From the NCBI GenBank assembly GCA_036253495.1, contig GCA_036253495.1_4125.1: 64,000 nucleotides of DNA. One strand, given 5' to 3'. Under the pieces are notes generated by a model, which worked only from the letters and a program-made list of their open reading frames with translations, did not search any database and was not told the origin of the DNA. This document shows positions 54,683 through 64,000 of this stretch, piece after piece (the stretch's first letter is position 1; each line of letters begins with the position of its first letter). The DNA is from a phage. Both the position numbers and the translations under genes were made by a program.

Positions 54683-56167
54683 ATGAATACTTGTAAGCTA
54701 ACCTTATTGGATGAGGTTAATTGTAAATTTGAAGGACTTTCTCCTTCAATTCGTCAAAAGATGATTAGGGCAACTGAATATGTGTTGCCTTATGCTAAAT
54801 TCACCCCAGCAGGTAGAATCGGGCGTTGGGATGGAAAAGTTCAATTTATGAATTTAGGTGGAAGCACTTACTTTCATATGCTTGACAAACTTTTACCTAT
54901 TCTTGAAGAAGCTAACATTGACATTGAACTTGAAGACCATAGACCAAATTATGGATTCAATTTTGAACCTATTGATGAAAATATCTTTAGTGATGTGGTT
55001 TTTGGTGCTGGACACCACATGGAAGGTAAGTCAATCAAGCTCAGGGAGCACCAGGTTAATGCAGTTAATGCTTGCCTTGCTAACCCACATGGTTTATTAT
55101 TAGCTGCTACTGGTGCGGGTAAGACGCTAATCACAGCAGCATTATCCAAGAAGGTCCAAGAGTATGGACGTTCTGTTATTATTGTACCTAGTACTGATCT
55201 AGTTCAACAGACATATGATGATTATGTCATGTGTGGACTAGACACTGGTGTTTTTTATGGTGCACAAAAGGATTTTGGTCACCAACACACAATCACAACA
55301 TGGCAATCATTCAACTCTTTATGGAAAAAGACGAAGAAGGGTGAAATTGAACTAACTGAACAAGACGTTCATGATTTCATCGATGGTGTTGTGTGTGTTA
55401 TCGTTGATGAATGTCAAGGTGCTGGTGGTGATGCATTAGTGCAGGTTCTATCAAAGGTAATGAACAATGTCCCGTTGCGTTGGGGACTAACTGGTACAAT
55501 ACCAAAAGATCCAGTAGTTGCAGCAAAGATAAAATGTAATGTTGGTGATGTGATTTTCAAAATCACTGCAAAAGAATTACAAGATAAACAAATTCTAAGT
55601 ACCTGTAACGTAAACTGTATCAAATTAAAAAGTAATTTAAAATTTGCATCATATGCAGAAGAATTAAAATACTTAGTAACTGACCGTGACCGAATGGCAT
55701 ATGTGGCATCTTTGATAAGTGCACTGTCTGAATCTGGTAACACGTTGGTTCTTGTTGACCGTTTGGAAGCTGGTGAATTGTTATGTGAATTTTTGGGAAT
55801 CCCCAAAACTGAATTTGTTCGTGGTGAAACGAAGAAGAAAGACCGTGAATCATCATATGGTGAAATTCGCTGGGCTGACAACAAAATACTCATTGCAACA
55901 TATGGTGTAGCTAGTACTGGTATTAGTATTTCACGTTTATATAACGTAGTACTGATAGAGCCAGGTAAAAGCTTTGTGCGAACTATACAGTCCATTGGAC
56001 GTGGGTTGCGTAGAGCAGAAGATAAAGACCACGTAGAAATTTATGATATAAGTGGATCTAATAAGTACAGTGCAAAACACTTACGTGAAAGAATTGCATA
56101 TTATAAAGAAGCACAATATCCACATAGTGTAATCGACGTGAAAGATTGGGAAAATACAGCGGGATAA
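54683..56167 (+). CDS. SF2 DNA helicase (UvsW-like, putative)
   Basis: Walker A AATGAGKT, DExx box VIVDECQ, later motifs TYGVASTGISI and QSIGRGLR. Confidence 0.7.
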   Translation: MNTCKLTLLDEVNCKFEGLSPSIRQKMIRATEYVLPYAKFTPAGRIGRWDGKVQFMNLGGSTYFHMLDKLLPILEEANIDIELEDHRPNYGFNFEPIDENIFSDVVFGAGHHMEGKSIKLREHQVNAVNACLANPHGLLLAATGAGKTLITAALSKKVQEYGRSVIIVPSTDLVQQTYDDYVMCGLDTGVFYGAQKDFGHQHTITTWQSFNSLWKKTKKGEIELTEQDVHDFIDGVVCVIVDECQGAGGDALVQVLSKVMNNVPLRWGLTGTIPKDPVVAAKIKCNVGDVIFKITAKELQDKQILSTCNVNCIKLKSNLKFASYAEELKYLVTDRDRMAYVASLISALSESGNTLVLVDRLEAGELLCEFLGIPKTEFVRGETKKKDRESSYGEIRWADNKILIATYGVASTGISISRLYNVVLIEPGKSFVRTIQSIGRGLRRAEDKDHVEIYDISGSNKYSAKHLRERIAYYKEAQYPHSVIDVKDWENTAG

Positions 56168-56200
56168 TCCCGCTGTTAATGATATAATGGACTGTATAAT
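56161..56200 (+). promoter_or_regulatory. Tandem -10 elements (GGGATA-N16-TATAAT and TGtATAAT)
   Basis: TATAAT at 56183-56188 and TGtATAAT at 56193-56200. The -35-like GGGATA sits inside a 9-bp hairpin whose loop holds the helicase stop codon. Confidence 0.4.
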
Positions 56201-56221
56201 AAATCAAGGATGTTAACAAAT

Positions 56222-56647
56222 ATGGAACTTAAATCGAGTATCGCATTTATCTGCGACCAAGAAACTTTAGACATTATGGATGTGTTATTGAATGATGATA
56301 ATATCATGGATGACATGGTATCTTCATTGGATTATATTTCCGAATTAGAAACAGATGACACAAATGTATGGCGTTGTAACACAGATGGTGATTCATGGGT
56401 TAATATCTATGAATTACAGCAACGCATTGATTCTAAATTTGAATCACTAAAATATGATATCATTTATGCAAGTACTGATTCTAAAACATTCGTTGATATT
56501 GTTAGTCTAAGTGGAAACTTTGATTCATATCTTGATACTGATACTGATAAGATTCAAGAACTTTGTGATACCTATGGATTAGAATTTTATGGGTGTGATG
56601 AAGAAGAAGATTATTATGATGAAGAAGACGAAGATTCATTATACTAA
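56222..56647 (+). CDS. Highly acidic hypothetical protein (candidate DNA mimic)
   Basis: ~141 aa, very D/E-rich throughout with a C-terminal DEEEDYYDEEDEDSLY tail. Start could also be ATG 56210. Confidence 0.5.
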   Translation: MELKSSIAFICDQETLDIMDVLLNDDNIMDDMVSSLDYISELETDDTNVWRCNTDGDSWVNIYELQQRIDSKFESLKYDIIYASTDSKTFVDIVSLSGNFDSYLDTDTDKIQELCDTYGLEFYGCDEEEDYYDEEDEDSLY

Positions 56648-56656
56648 GGAGACAAT

Positions 56657-57154
56657 ATGAACGTATTAACCCCAGAAAATAATTCATTTGATATGGATTT
56701 GGTTACTGAACACATTCCAGAAGAAATGTATTGTGTGTTGGATTTGAGTGCAAATGGTGATTCAGATTTTTATTTCCGACATATTCTAAACACTGTATCT
56801 TTTAATAGTATCAGTGCAGATCTTCAAATTGGTGATAAGGTTATTCAAGTACCATTGGGATGGCAAATTATGCTAGGTGATGAAGAATCAGGTATGGTTG
56901 AGATGTGTACTATTGAAAACATCTTAAACATGAAAGAGCCTAAAGCATTTGTATACAACCCGATTCGTTCGATGTATCCAAAATTCGAGCCAGTAAAAGT
57001 ACTAAGAGTATTTGCACTTACAACTAAGTGGCAGATTCCTATGTTACCTAAAAAGAATTTACTATGTGTTCCATTGAGTAGTGGTGATAATCCACCATGT
57101 GTTTACTTCGCCGATGAGAACGAAAAGATTCAAGACTTATACTTAGGAGTATAA
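56657..57154 (+). CDS. Hypothetical protein
   Basis: 165-aa ORF; no recognised motif. Confidence 0.5.
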   Translation: MNVLTPENNSFDMDLVTEHIPEEMYCVLDLSANGDSDFYFRHILNTVSFNSISADLQIGDKVIQVPLGWQIMLGDEESGMVEMCTIENILNMKEPKAFVYNPIRSMYPKFEPVKVLRVFALTTKWQIPMLPKKNLLCVPLSSGDNPPCVYFADENEKIQDLYLGV

Positions 57155-57158
57155 AATA

Positions 57159-58001
57159 GTGTTAGATTTCAGTAATGTTAAAAGTAAATCGTCTGATGAA
57201 GTTATTAAACAAGAAAGTCATTCATTTTCTATTAATGATTTTCTTAAACATATTGACAGGGCTGATTACAAATATTACTCTGAAATGACCGAAGAAGAAC
57301 GTAAAGATTTCACACCTTATACTGTTCTTCGTTGGGTAAGTTCGTTGGATGATTCTTTGCAAGTAACTTACCCAAGTAGTAAAGTTGAAAGCGTTTTTGG
57401 TAAATGGAAAGCTGGTGGCAAAGATGCACTTACTGAATTAATCAATGAATTAAATTCAAGTGGTGTAAATGTGTCATCAGTGACAAAGTACTGTCATGCT
57501 GATTATGATTGGAGAATCAAGTTTGCAGTACAGGGTCAGTCCGATGCAAATAAATTGATTGCAGCCATGAATGATTTTAGCATTTCAGGGTCGGAAGTGA
57601 TTTCATTGGTTGATAGCACAACAGTAAAATACCAATTGATTATGTTAAATGATATGGTCAATGATGGTTTCTGGGATATGAAAGAACACCCTGAACTAGT
57701 TTATCAATTGATGTGTACTGTTCAGGATATGGTTGGTGGTAAAGAATTACCACGTAGTTGGCTTAACTTTTCAAAGAGTTTAAAACATGTAAACAATGCA
57801 TTATTTGACTTGATTAAAAGTACACAACCAAGTTCAGTTGCCAATCAAATGAACGAGGATGAGTATAAAATCATCTTATTACAATACACTAAGAAATCAT
57901 TCGAAACTTTACTTGACAACATGGGTTATCAAGATAAAGATTCAAAAGCAATGATGAAACTATTCAAAGAAGAATGTAAGAAATATGGCAAAGATATCTA
58001 A
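57159..58001 (+). CDS. Hypothetical protein (GTG start)
   Basis: 280-aa ORF starting at GTG 57159, 9 nt after AGGAG. Confidence 0.5.
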   Translation: MLDFSNVKSKSSDEVIKQESHSFSINDFLKHIDRADYKYYSEMTEEERKDFTPYTVLRWVSSLDDSLQVTYPSSKVESVFGKWKAGGKDALTELINELNSSGVNVSSVTKYCHADYDWRIKFAVQGQSDANKLIAAMNDFSISGSEVISLVDSTTVKYQLIMLNDMVNDGFWDMKEHPELVYQLMCTVQDMVGGKELPRSWLNFSKSLKHVNNALFDLIKSTQPSSVANQMNEDEYKIILLQYTKKSFETLLDNMGYQDKDSKAMMKLFKEECKKYGKDI

Positions 58002-58692
58002 ACCTGTATATCAATGTAAATTTTGTGATCGTGAATTTAAACGTGAAGACACAGTACATTCTCACAAATGTGAAAAGCGTGATAGATATGAAAATCGAGA
58101 CAGCCGCACCATGCGTGAGGCTTTTCGTTTATATATGCAATTCATGGAAACTAACAATTTCAAAATTAAAAAAGATGTAGAACCATATATTAGTTTTATC
58201 AAGTCAAGATACTTTAAAGATTTCTATGATTTTGCAGAATACTATCTGAATAATAGGGATATATTGCATATAGATGATTTCACTTTACATCTTATGAGAA
58301 CTAATGTTCCTATTATGCAATGGAGCACCTACAAAGCTAAGGATGAATGGATACTTTCATGTATACGAAATGAGCACCCAAACGATGCCGTTGCAAGAAG
58401 CGTAAATGCTTTAGTAGAATGGGAACAAATGACAAATAATCCGTGGAATACATTCTTTAAGAATGTTAGTTCTGCACGTTTGATTTCTTGGATTGAAAGT
58501 GGTAAAATATCACCTTGGTTGATATGGACTGCCCCAGTGAGTTCATCCAATGAATTGTTCTCACGACTATCAGATTCTGAATTTGAATATATACTTAAAT
58601 ACATCGATCCTAGCTTTTTTGAAATTAAAAAGTTGAAATATAAGAAAGAGTTTGAGGATATAAGAAGTATGTTAACTCAGGTGGGTTTATGA
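57985..58692 (+). CDS. Hypothetical protein with N-terminal zinc-knuckle (CxxC…HxH)
   Basis: YQCKFCDREFKREDTVHSHKC at the N-terminus; 235 aa. Confidence 0.5.
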   Translation: MAKISKPVYQCKFCDREFKREDTVHSHKCEKRDRYENRDSRTMREAFRLYMQFMETNNFKIKKDVEPYISFIKSRYFKDFYDFAEYYLNNRDILHIDDFTLHLMRTNVPIMQWSTYKAKDEWILSCIRNEHPNDAVARSVNALVEWEQMTNNPWNTFFKNVSSARLISWIESGKISPWLIWTAPVSSSNELFSRLSDSEFEYILKYIDPSFFEIKKLKYKKEFEDIRSMLTQVGL

Positions 58693-59018
58693 ATAATAAA
58701 AGTATATACAATAAAATACCAGAAGGGTACGTTCCTGTACCTAAATCGGACAAAAGTAAAGAATTACAATTACTTCGTCAAGGAAGCATAACTGAAATAA
58801 CATTGGGTGACAAAACGTTCCAAGTTCATGATCCAGTAAAAATAGAACAATTGATTAAGCTAGTCGAGAGGCATGAAGAACGTTTACATTCTGTGTCTAA
58901 TGAGTCAGCACAGTTGAAAAGAAAGATTCAGTACATGGAAAACGAAATACGAACCTTAAGAAATTCTATTAATAAATTACAGGATCAAATAAAGAATGCA
59001 GGATTCAACCAATTCTAA
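58689..59018 (+). CDS. Hypothetical coiled-coil protein
   Basis: 109 aa; C-terminal heptad-like segment (…LKRKIQYMENEIRTLRNSINKLQDQIK…). Confidence 0.5.
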   Translation: MNNKSIYNKIPEGYVPVPKSDKSKELQLLRQGSITEITLGDKTFQVHDPVKIEQLIKLVERHEERLHSVSNESAQLKRKIQYMENEIRTLRNSINKLQDQIKNAGFNQF

Positions 59019-59634
59019 TCATTACAGAAAAGCTAGAACAGATATTGATATTGATTTTAAAGATAGTAAATCTGTCATAGCTCAATTGCCATGTGTAAGA
59101 AGTACTGAAAAGATTACAGAAGATGGATTGATTGCACATAATAGTGGTGTACACTTTGATAATATTCCAATCGATCCAATAACTGGTTTGGCGAGTATAC
59201 AATATAAAGAAGCCGAAAGATTGGGGTATCAGAAGGTTGATATCCTTTCACAATCGGCTTACATGTATGTTCGTGACAGAGAACATCTAAAGGAACTTAT
59301 GAACAGAGAGCCTAATTGGGATCTGTTGTTAGAACCAGAAATTGTTGATCATTTATCACAAATTAAAAAGCATATAACTTTACTTAATGTTTGGAAACCC
59401 CGTTCTATAGACGAGTTGGCTATGTTTATTGCTATGATTCGCCCAGGGAAACGAAATTGTCAAAGTATGAACTCTTGGTCTGAAGTAGAATCGGTTATTT
59501 GGGATTATAGTAGTATTGGGCTAGATAGTGAGGGCAAAAAATTGCGTTATTTTAAAAAACCACATGCTTATGCTTATAGCTTAATGATTGTGGTACAATT
59601 AAACGCATTGGTTGAACATCTTACTTCTTCTTAA
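58996..59634 (+). CDS. Hypothetical protein with DnaE (Pol III alpha)-like motifs
   Basis: IDELAMFIAMIRPGK and KPHAYAYSLMIVVQLNALVEH resemble DnaE segments FEDMIALVALFRPGP and [20 protein letters not shown] from memory. Only ~212 aa. Confidence 0.35.
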   Translation: MQDSTNSNHYRKARTDIDIDFKDSKSVIAQLPCVRSTEKITEDGLIAHNSGVHFDNIPIDPITGLASIQYKEAERLGYQKVDILSQSAYMYVRDREHLKELMNREPNWDLLLEPEIVDHLSQIKKHITLLNVWKPRSIDELAMFIAMIRPGKRNCQSMNSWSEVESVIWDYSSIGLDSEGKKLRYFKKPHAYAYSLMIVVQLNALVEHLTSS

Positions 59635-59974
59635 GTGCCACATTACGTCTTTTAATACGTTTTTGTGGCAAATCACTTAACGAAATTACCGGACCACAAA
59701 CGAAATTCACCATAGGCGTATCGAAGCGTTGTGTGAAAGGTTCAAATTTCTCCATTTCTTCTTGAAAGAAAAGACACACTGGGATTGACCTGTTACTTTG
59801 CCACCACCAATCGTGTGCTATTCCTAACAATTCATCTTGCATAGATTCATCCATAAGATCAAAACAATACAAAGTAGTATATTGCTTACTTTTAATCTTG
59901 ATGATACCAATGTAAGTTTTACCATTATATTGCAGTACTGTAATAAATGGTGGAATAGTATTATATTGATTCAT
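59621..59974 (-). CDS. Hypothetical protein, lone opposite-strand gene in a plus-strand block
   Basis: 117 aa, Trp-rich middle (HDWWWQSN), basic C-terminus (KRIKRRNVALKKK). Confidence 0.5.
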   Translation of the reverse strand: MNQYNTIPPFITVLQYNGKTYIGIIKIKSKQYTTLYCFDLMDESMQDELLGIAHDWWWQSNRSIPVCLFFQEEMEKFEPFTQRFDTPMVNFVCGPVISLSDLPQKRIKRRNVALKKK

Positions 59975-59980
59975 ATGAGT

Positions 59981-60020
59981 TCCATAAATATTAGTATAAA
60001 TTTATACCTATTATTTATGG
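59981..60020. promoter_or_regulatory. Nested palindrome between divergent genes (bidirectional late-promoter-like element)
   Basis: Perfect 14-bp palindrome GTATAAATTTATAC (59994-60007) flanked by inverted 10-mers tccataaata / tatttatgga. Contains TATAAAT on both strands. Confidence 0.45.
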
Positions 60021-60031
60021 AAGGAATAATC

Positions 60032-61009
60032 ATGTCCCATCACGGTGTGTATATGTACCCTTATAATCAGGAAGTATCATTGGGCAATTTTAATATGCCA
60101 TTTAACAATGATAAGTTAACGATTTATCGTGGTGCTAACAATAACGTAACTTTCACAGTACACAATGCTGATGGAAAGTACACTCAATTAAAAACTAATG
60201 AATATTTAACATTTATGATTTTCGATGCACGTAACAACACGATTTTGTTTGATACTGTATTGGAAAAGATTTTACCAAGTTGGTTAAACGATAGTGGTCA
60301 GGCTAAACCTACTTTGGGTAATAGTAAAAAAGTATATTATGGTTGTATAATCCCTGCTGGTATTATACAAGATACTAGCCCTGGTTCCAAATACAGATGG
60401 AGTATTACTAAAGTAACTATGGACGGTTCGTTGATTGAACCAACACAGTACTTATATACTGGTTTAAATTATGAAGCATCATCTGAACTAATTATCTCCG
60501 ACAAAGCAGCACCTGTTTTCGTACCAAGCATTGAAGTTTCTGCTGATCAGAATCCATCTTGGAAATCTATCAAGTCTGCGTTCAGAGAACCTATTAGTGA
60601 TGGTTTTAAAGGTGAATTTGATGTTATGTGTACATCGCCTTTGAGAGCACAAATGCAATATGGTTTAGTTGATGGTTTAAGTACTATTGCAATTTACTGT
60701 AATGGTTTTATTGGTAGGATACAGTTACAAGGATGCTTGAGTAATGATGTACCAAGTGATAGTGATAACTATAAGTGGTTTATTATCAAGTTGGATGGAA
60801 AAGAGTACATCGAGAATGGCATAGATGAGAATGGCGTACCTGTTCCGTTGGAAGGTATACAGGCATTTAATTTTAAAGGTAATTACATGTGGCTTCGTGT
60901 GGTTGTTAGTATTCGTCCAATCTCCAAACCAATCCCATATGATTATGCTGCAATCCGTAAAATCTATAACCCACTCTTAACTGTTCCTAAAATTTTGATT
61001 CGTCGATGA
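60032..61009 (+). CDS. Hypothetical protein (325 aa)
   Basis: ATG 60032 after AAGGAA; track ORF 59837..61009 extends upstream. No recognised motif. Confidence 0.55.
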   Translation: MSHHGVYMYPYNQEVSLGNFNMPFNNDKLTIYRGANNNVTFTVHNADGKYTQLKTNEYLTFMIFDARNNTILFDTVLEKILPSWLNDSGQAKPTLGNSKKVYYGCIIPAGIIQDTSPGSKYRWSITKVTMDGSLIEPTQYLYTGLNYEASSELIISDKAAPVFVPSIEVSADQNPSWKSIKSAFREPISDGFKGEFDVMCTSPLRAQMQYGLVDGLSTIAIYCNGFIGRIQLQGCLSNDVPSDSDNYKWFIIKLDGKEYIENGIDENGVPVPLEGIQAFNFKGNYMWLRVVVSIRPISKPIPYDYAAIRKIYNPLLTVPKILIRR

Positions 61010-61035
61010 GACATACTCATAAGCTGTGATATAAT
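61008..61035 (+). promoter_or_regulatory. sigma70-like promoter GAGACA-N16-TATAAT upstream of primase
   Basis: GAGACA 61008-61013, 16-nt spacer, TATAAT 61030-61035. Confidence 0.5.
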
Positions 61036-61062
61036 CATCGAAGACAAGAAAAGGAATTACAT

Positions 61063-62112
61063 ATGAACTCAGTACAAGACATTATGGCACAAATCATGAA
61101 TGACCCTGTACCTGGTATTGGTATATGGGCACACCACAACTGTCCTATGTGTGTGTTTCGTGGACATTCAAGACCTGATGTAAAGGGTCGTGGTAATCAT
61201 ATGTTTAATTCTGATGGTTCAGTATCTTATAACTGTTTTAACTGTAGTTTAAAGACAGGTTGGCAACCTGGAAAATATATGAGCAAAGATATGGAGTCTT
61301 TGCTCATTTCTTTTGGTGCACAACAAAAAGATATAGAATTATTAAAATTTTACATAAAAGAAATGGTAGAGAGTGGTGATTATGCTGAACAAGAGTCTAC
61401 CACATCGAAGTTATATCAAAGGGTAACAGCACGCGATTTACCACCTAATTCAAAGACATTTTTTGAATGGGCTTCAGATGATAATGCACCCAATGAATTT
61501 TTTAGTGTACTGAATGCAGTAAATGACCGAAATCCATATCTATTGGATTTGGAATTATATTGGAGTCCATCTAAAGAACATAAAATGTATGATAGATTTA
61601 TTATACCTTACTATATGAATGGTAAAATAATTGGGTATACTGCAAGACATAAATTAAAAGACCCAGGAAGTACGTATCGTTTTATTAATCAGGTAAGTAC
61701 TAATATTTTGTACAATTATGATTTGTTGAATGATGAACGTATAAAAACTTTATTGGTATGTGAAGGACCAATGGATGCCGCATTGATGGGTGGTGTATCA
61801 GCAAATAACTTTAAGTTATCTACACCACAGATTGAAATACTTAAACAGGCACAGAGTAAAGGTAAAAAAGTAGTAATTGTACCAGACAGGGATAAAGATG
61901 GATTAGTGACAATTGACCAAGCATTAGAGCATGGTTTTAGTGTTGCCTTTCCAAACTTTGGAGCCGTAAAAGAAGGTAGTGGTATTCGTCACATAAAAGA
62001 TTTTGACGAAGCCTGTGCCAAATATGGTCGTTTATTTTGTCTACAACTAATACATGAAAGTATAGTTGACGAACCTTTCTATATCAAAGCACAAACCGAT
62101 AAATGGATGTAA
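61063..62112 (+). CDS. 61: DNA primase (gp61-like; zinc ribbon plus TOPRIM)
   Basis: Zinc ribbon HHNCPMC…YNCFNC; TOPRIM motifs LLVCEGPMDAAL and VVIVPDRDKDG. Confidence 0.8.
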   Translation: MNSVQDIMAQIMNDPVPGIGIWAHHNCPMCVFRGHSRPDVKGRGNHMFNSDGSVSYNCFNCSLKTGWQPGKYMSKDMESLLISFGAQQKDIELLKFYIKEMVESGDYAEQESTTSKLYQRVTARDLPPNSKTFFEWASDDNAPNEFFSVLNAVNDRNPYLLDLELYWSPSKEHKMYDRFIIPYYMNGKIIGYTARHKLKDPGSTYRFINQVSTNILYNYDLLNDERIKTLLVCEGPMDAALMGGVSANNFKLSTPQIEILKQAQSKGKKVVIVPDRDKDGLVTIDQALEHGFSVAFPNFGAVKEGSGIRHIKDFDEACAKYGRLFCLQLIHESIVDEPFYIKAQTDKWM

Positions 62113-62130
62113 AAGAAATAAGGGAATATA

Positions 62131-63657
62131 ATGATTCAAAGCACAGTGGACGTCAAACAATATGGGATTAATGCCCAACAATATCTATTATCACAAATTT
62201 TCAGTAACCCAGATTTATATGTACGCTGTAAAAATATTCTTAAACCTGAATATTTCGATAGCACTTTTCATGAAAGTATTAAATTCGTTCATGATTACAG
62301 TGCAAAATATAGTGCATCACCAACTTTAAAAGATATTGAAGTTAAGGGTGGTTTTGCATACGATAGTACTGAAGTAAGTGAGCTACACAAGCAATCAGTA
62401 CTTGATACATGCAGTGAGTTCTGCCGACACAAAGCACTAGCTTTGGCTGTTGAGAAAGGTATGGAGTTAGTACATCAGAAAAAATATGGTGGAATCGAAG
62501 AACTAATTCGTGAAGCTATGCTTGTTTCTGTACAAAACGAACTAGGTCTGGATATCTTTGAAAATCCAGAAGATACAATTCGCTCACTAAGTACGATGCA
62601 AGGTTCATTCAAGAGTGGTTGGGAAACACTGGACTTTAAACTATTTGGTGGTTTCGGTCGCCGTGAACTTGAGATCTTCGCAGCAGCATCCGGTGGTGGT
62701 AAATCAGTTGTTCTGCAAAACTTAGCAGTAAACTTTGCTAAAGCTGGACTGAACGGTGCTTACATTTCACTAGAACTTGCTGAAGAGTTGGTTGCAGTCC
62801 GTATCTATGGTATGATGACTGAATCCAAATTGAGTAATGTTAAACATGAAGCAGACCGAATTGGTTTACAAGTACAAATGGAAGGTAAAAACAGTGGTGT
62901 AATGCGTATCAAGCGTTTGCCTGAATCTGTGACAACCACAGATGATATTGAAAGTTACCTTCGTGAATTACAAATCAAATTGGAAATTAAACTTGATTAT
63001 GTTTGTGTGGACTACTTAGATCTATTAACATCTAATCGTCTTGGTCCAAATGATAAATCGAATACATTTACCAAAGATAAGTTTGTTTCTGAAGAATTGC
63101 GTGCTCTAGCAACTAAGATGGATTTAACTGTATTCACTGCATCCCAGTTTAACCGTAGTGGTATGGGTGAAGATAAGAAAAGCCAAAGTCAGATTGCTGG
63201 TGGTATTTCAAAGATCTATACCGCAGATAACGTAATTTACATTGAAGCACGAAAAGAAACTGGTGAGATGTGGTTCGACTTCCAGAAAACACGTAACAGT
63301 AGTGCAGTTGGTTCTCGTTTGCGTATGTCTTATGACATTGATTCATTACGTGTGTTGGACCATGCAACAACCATTCAGCAATTCGAAACCGATGGTTCTG
63401 GGTTCAAGCATAGCGGACTAACAAAGGTCGGTGGTGGTAACATGGCACTCCCCCCAACCACTATGCAAACATTGCGTCACACGCTTTCTGGTGCACAAAA
63501 ACCAGTACAAACACAAAGTACTGTTGAAGCTGATGACGTAACACTAAATACAGAAAATGCTACACTTTCTAGCACTACAGAGGAAACCCAACAACCTGTT
63601 AATATTGGCACTAATCGTGCGAATATGATGAAACAATGGTTGAATCAAAGGAAATAA
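62131..63657 (+). CDS. 41: Replicative DNA helicase (gp41 / DnaB-like)
   Basis: Walker A AAASGGGKS, Walker B-like VCVDYLDLL, SQFNRSG motif, 508 aa, directly after primase. Confidence 0.85.
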   Translation: MIQSTVDVKQYGINAQQYLLSQIFSNPDLYVRCKNILKPEYFDSTFHESIKFVHDYSAKYSASPTLKDIEVKGGFAYDSTEVSELHKQSVLDTCSEFCRHKALALAVEKGMELVHQKKYGGIEELIREAMLVSVQNELGLDIFENPEDTIRSLSTMQGSFKSGWETLDFKLFGGFGRRELEIFAAASGGGKSVVLQNLAVNFAKAGLNGAYISLELAEELVAVRIYGMMTESKLSNVKHEADRIGLQVQMEGKNSGVMRIKRLPESVTTTDDIESYLRELQIKLEIKLDYVCVDYLDLLTSNRLGPNDKSNTFTKDKFVSEELRALATKMDLTVFTASQFNRSGMGEDKKSQSQIAGGISKIYTADNVIYIEARKETGEMWFDFQKTRNSSAVGSRLRMSYDIDSLRVLDHATTIQQFETDGSGFKHSGLTKVGGGNMALPPTTMQTLRHTLSGAQKPVQTQSTVEADDVTLNTENATLSSTTEETQQPVNIGTNRANMMKQWLNQRK

Positions 63658-63660
63658 CGA

Positions 63661-63933
63661 ATGGCTAATGAATCCAGTAAAAAGAATCTACTTGATAGTA
63701 TAGTAAATTATACTCCAGAGAAGGATACATTGCAGAGTTTTGGTAATAGGGCCGACCATGCCATAAATTCTGTAATTCATTTATTGGAGAGTATAGATAA
63801 TGAGTTTAATAGTATTGATGCTGAAGATTTAAAGAAACGATTATTTTTGAGTATCAAGAACCGAGATTACAAAAAGTTTCAGAAGGGGTTGGAAAATATA
63901 GCACTGGATGAAAAACGTAATAAAGGTAATTGA
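63661..63933 (+). CDS. Hypothetical protein
   Basis: 90-aa ORF; no recognised motif. Confidence 0.45.
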   Translation: MANESSKKNLLDSIVNYTPEKDTLQSFGNRADHAINSVIHLLESIDNEFNSIDAEDLKKRLFLSIKNRDYKKFQKGLENIALDEKRNKGN

Positions 63934-63934
63934 T

Positions 63935-64000
63935 ATGAAAAAGAAATTAAAAGAAAATGCTTCAGCAGGTGCTACCTCGGCAGGGGCAGTTGCATCAATC
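63935..64000 (+). CDS. Hypothetical protein, 5' fragment (continues beyond window end)
   Basis: ATG 63935 after AAAGG; MKKKLKENASAGATSAGAVASI…; open to the window end. Confidence 0.4.
   Translation, partial: MKKKLKENASAGATSAGAVASI

Overview
This 64-kb window is phage DNA, not bacterial chromosome: an AT-rich segment of a T4-superfamily (Straboviridae-like) myovirus with gene order rearranged relative to T4. From left to right: (1) a minus-strand baseplate module (1-17.9 kb) ending in a giant ORF of more than 2,495 codons that runs off the window, with gp6-like, gp25-like, a T4-type lysozyme, a gp5-like spike carrying a second lysozyme domain, a hub-like protein and a LysM-like protein; (2) plus-strand gp55-like late sigma factor, gp47 and gp46 (Mre11/Rad50-like), and a convergent endonuclease VII/HNH-like gene; (3) a ~0.9-kb ORF-free region with its own promoter and terminators, a candidate non-coding RNA plus iteron-like repeats; (4) a head module with a tape-measure-like protein, portal (gp20), acidic core proteins, prohead protease (gp21), scaffold (gp22) and major capsid protein (gp23); (5) an accessory island with two T5orf172/GIY-YIG-like genes, followed by a tail fibre and lambda-type Tfa chaperone pair; (6) a replication/recombination block with dsbA-like, DNA polymerase (gp43), sliding clamp (gp45), GroES-like co-chaperonin, RNase H, a terminase large subunit split by a frameshift, gp32 SSB, UvsX, UvsY-like, DnaQ-like exonuclease, UvsW-like helicase, primase (gp61) and helicase (gp41), interspersed with hypothetical genes. 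I found no rRNA, tRNA, CRISPR array, integrase or transposase, and no complete known defence or anti-defence system. The most unusual items are the candidate ncRNA locus, the endonuclease island, the split terminase, the unusual spike/lysozyme architecture and a recurrent GRGACA-N16-TGnTATAAT promoter family. All calls rest on reading the sequence and remembered family motifs; no database search was run.
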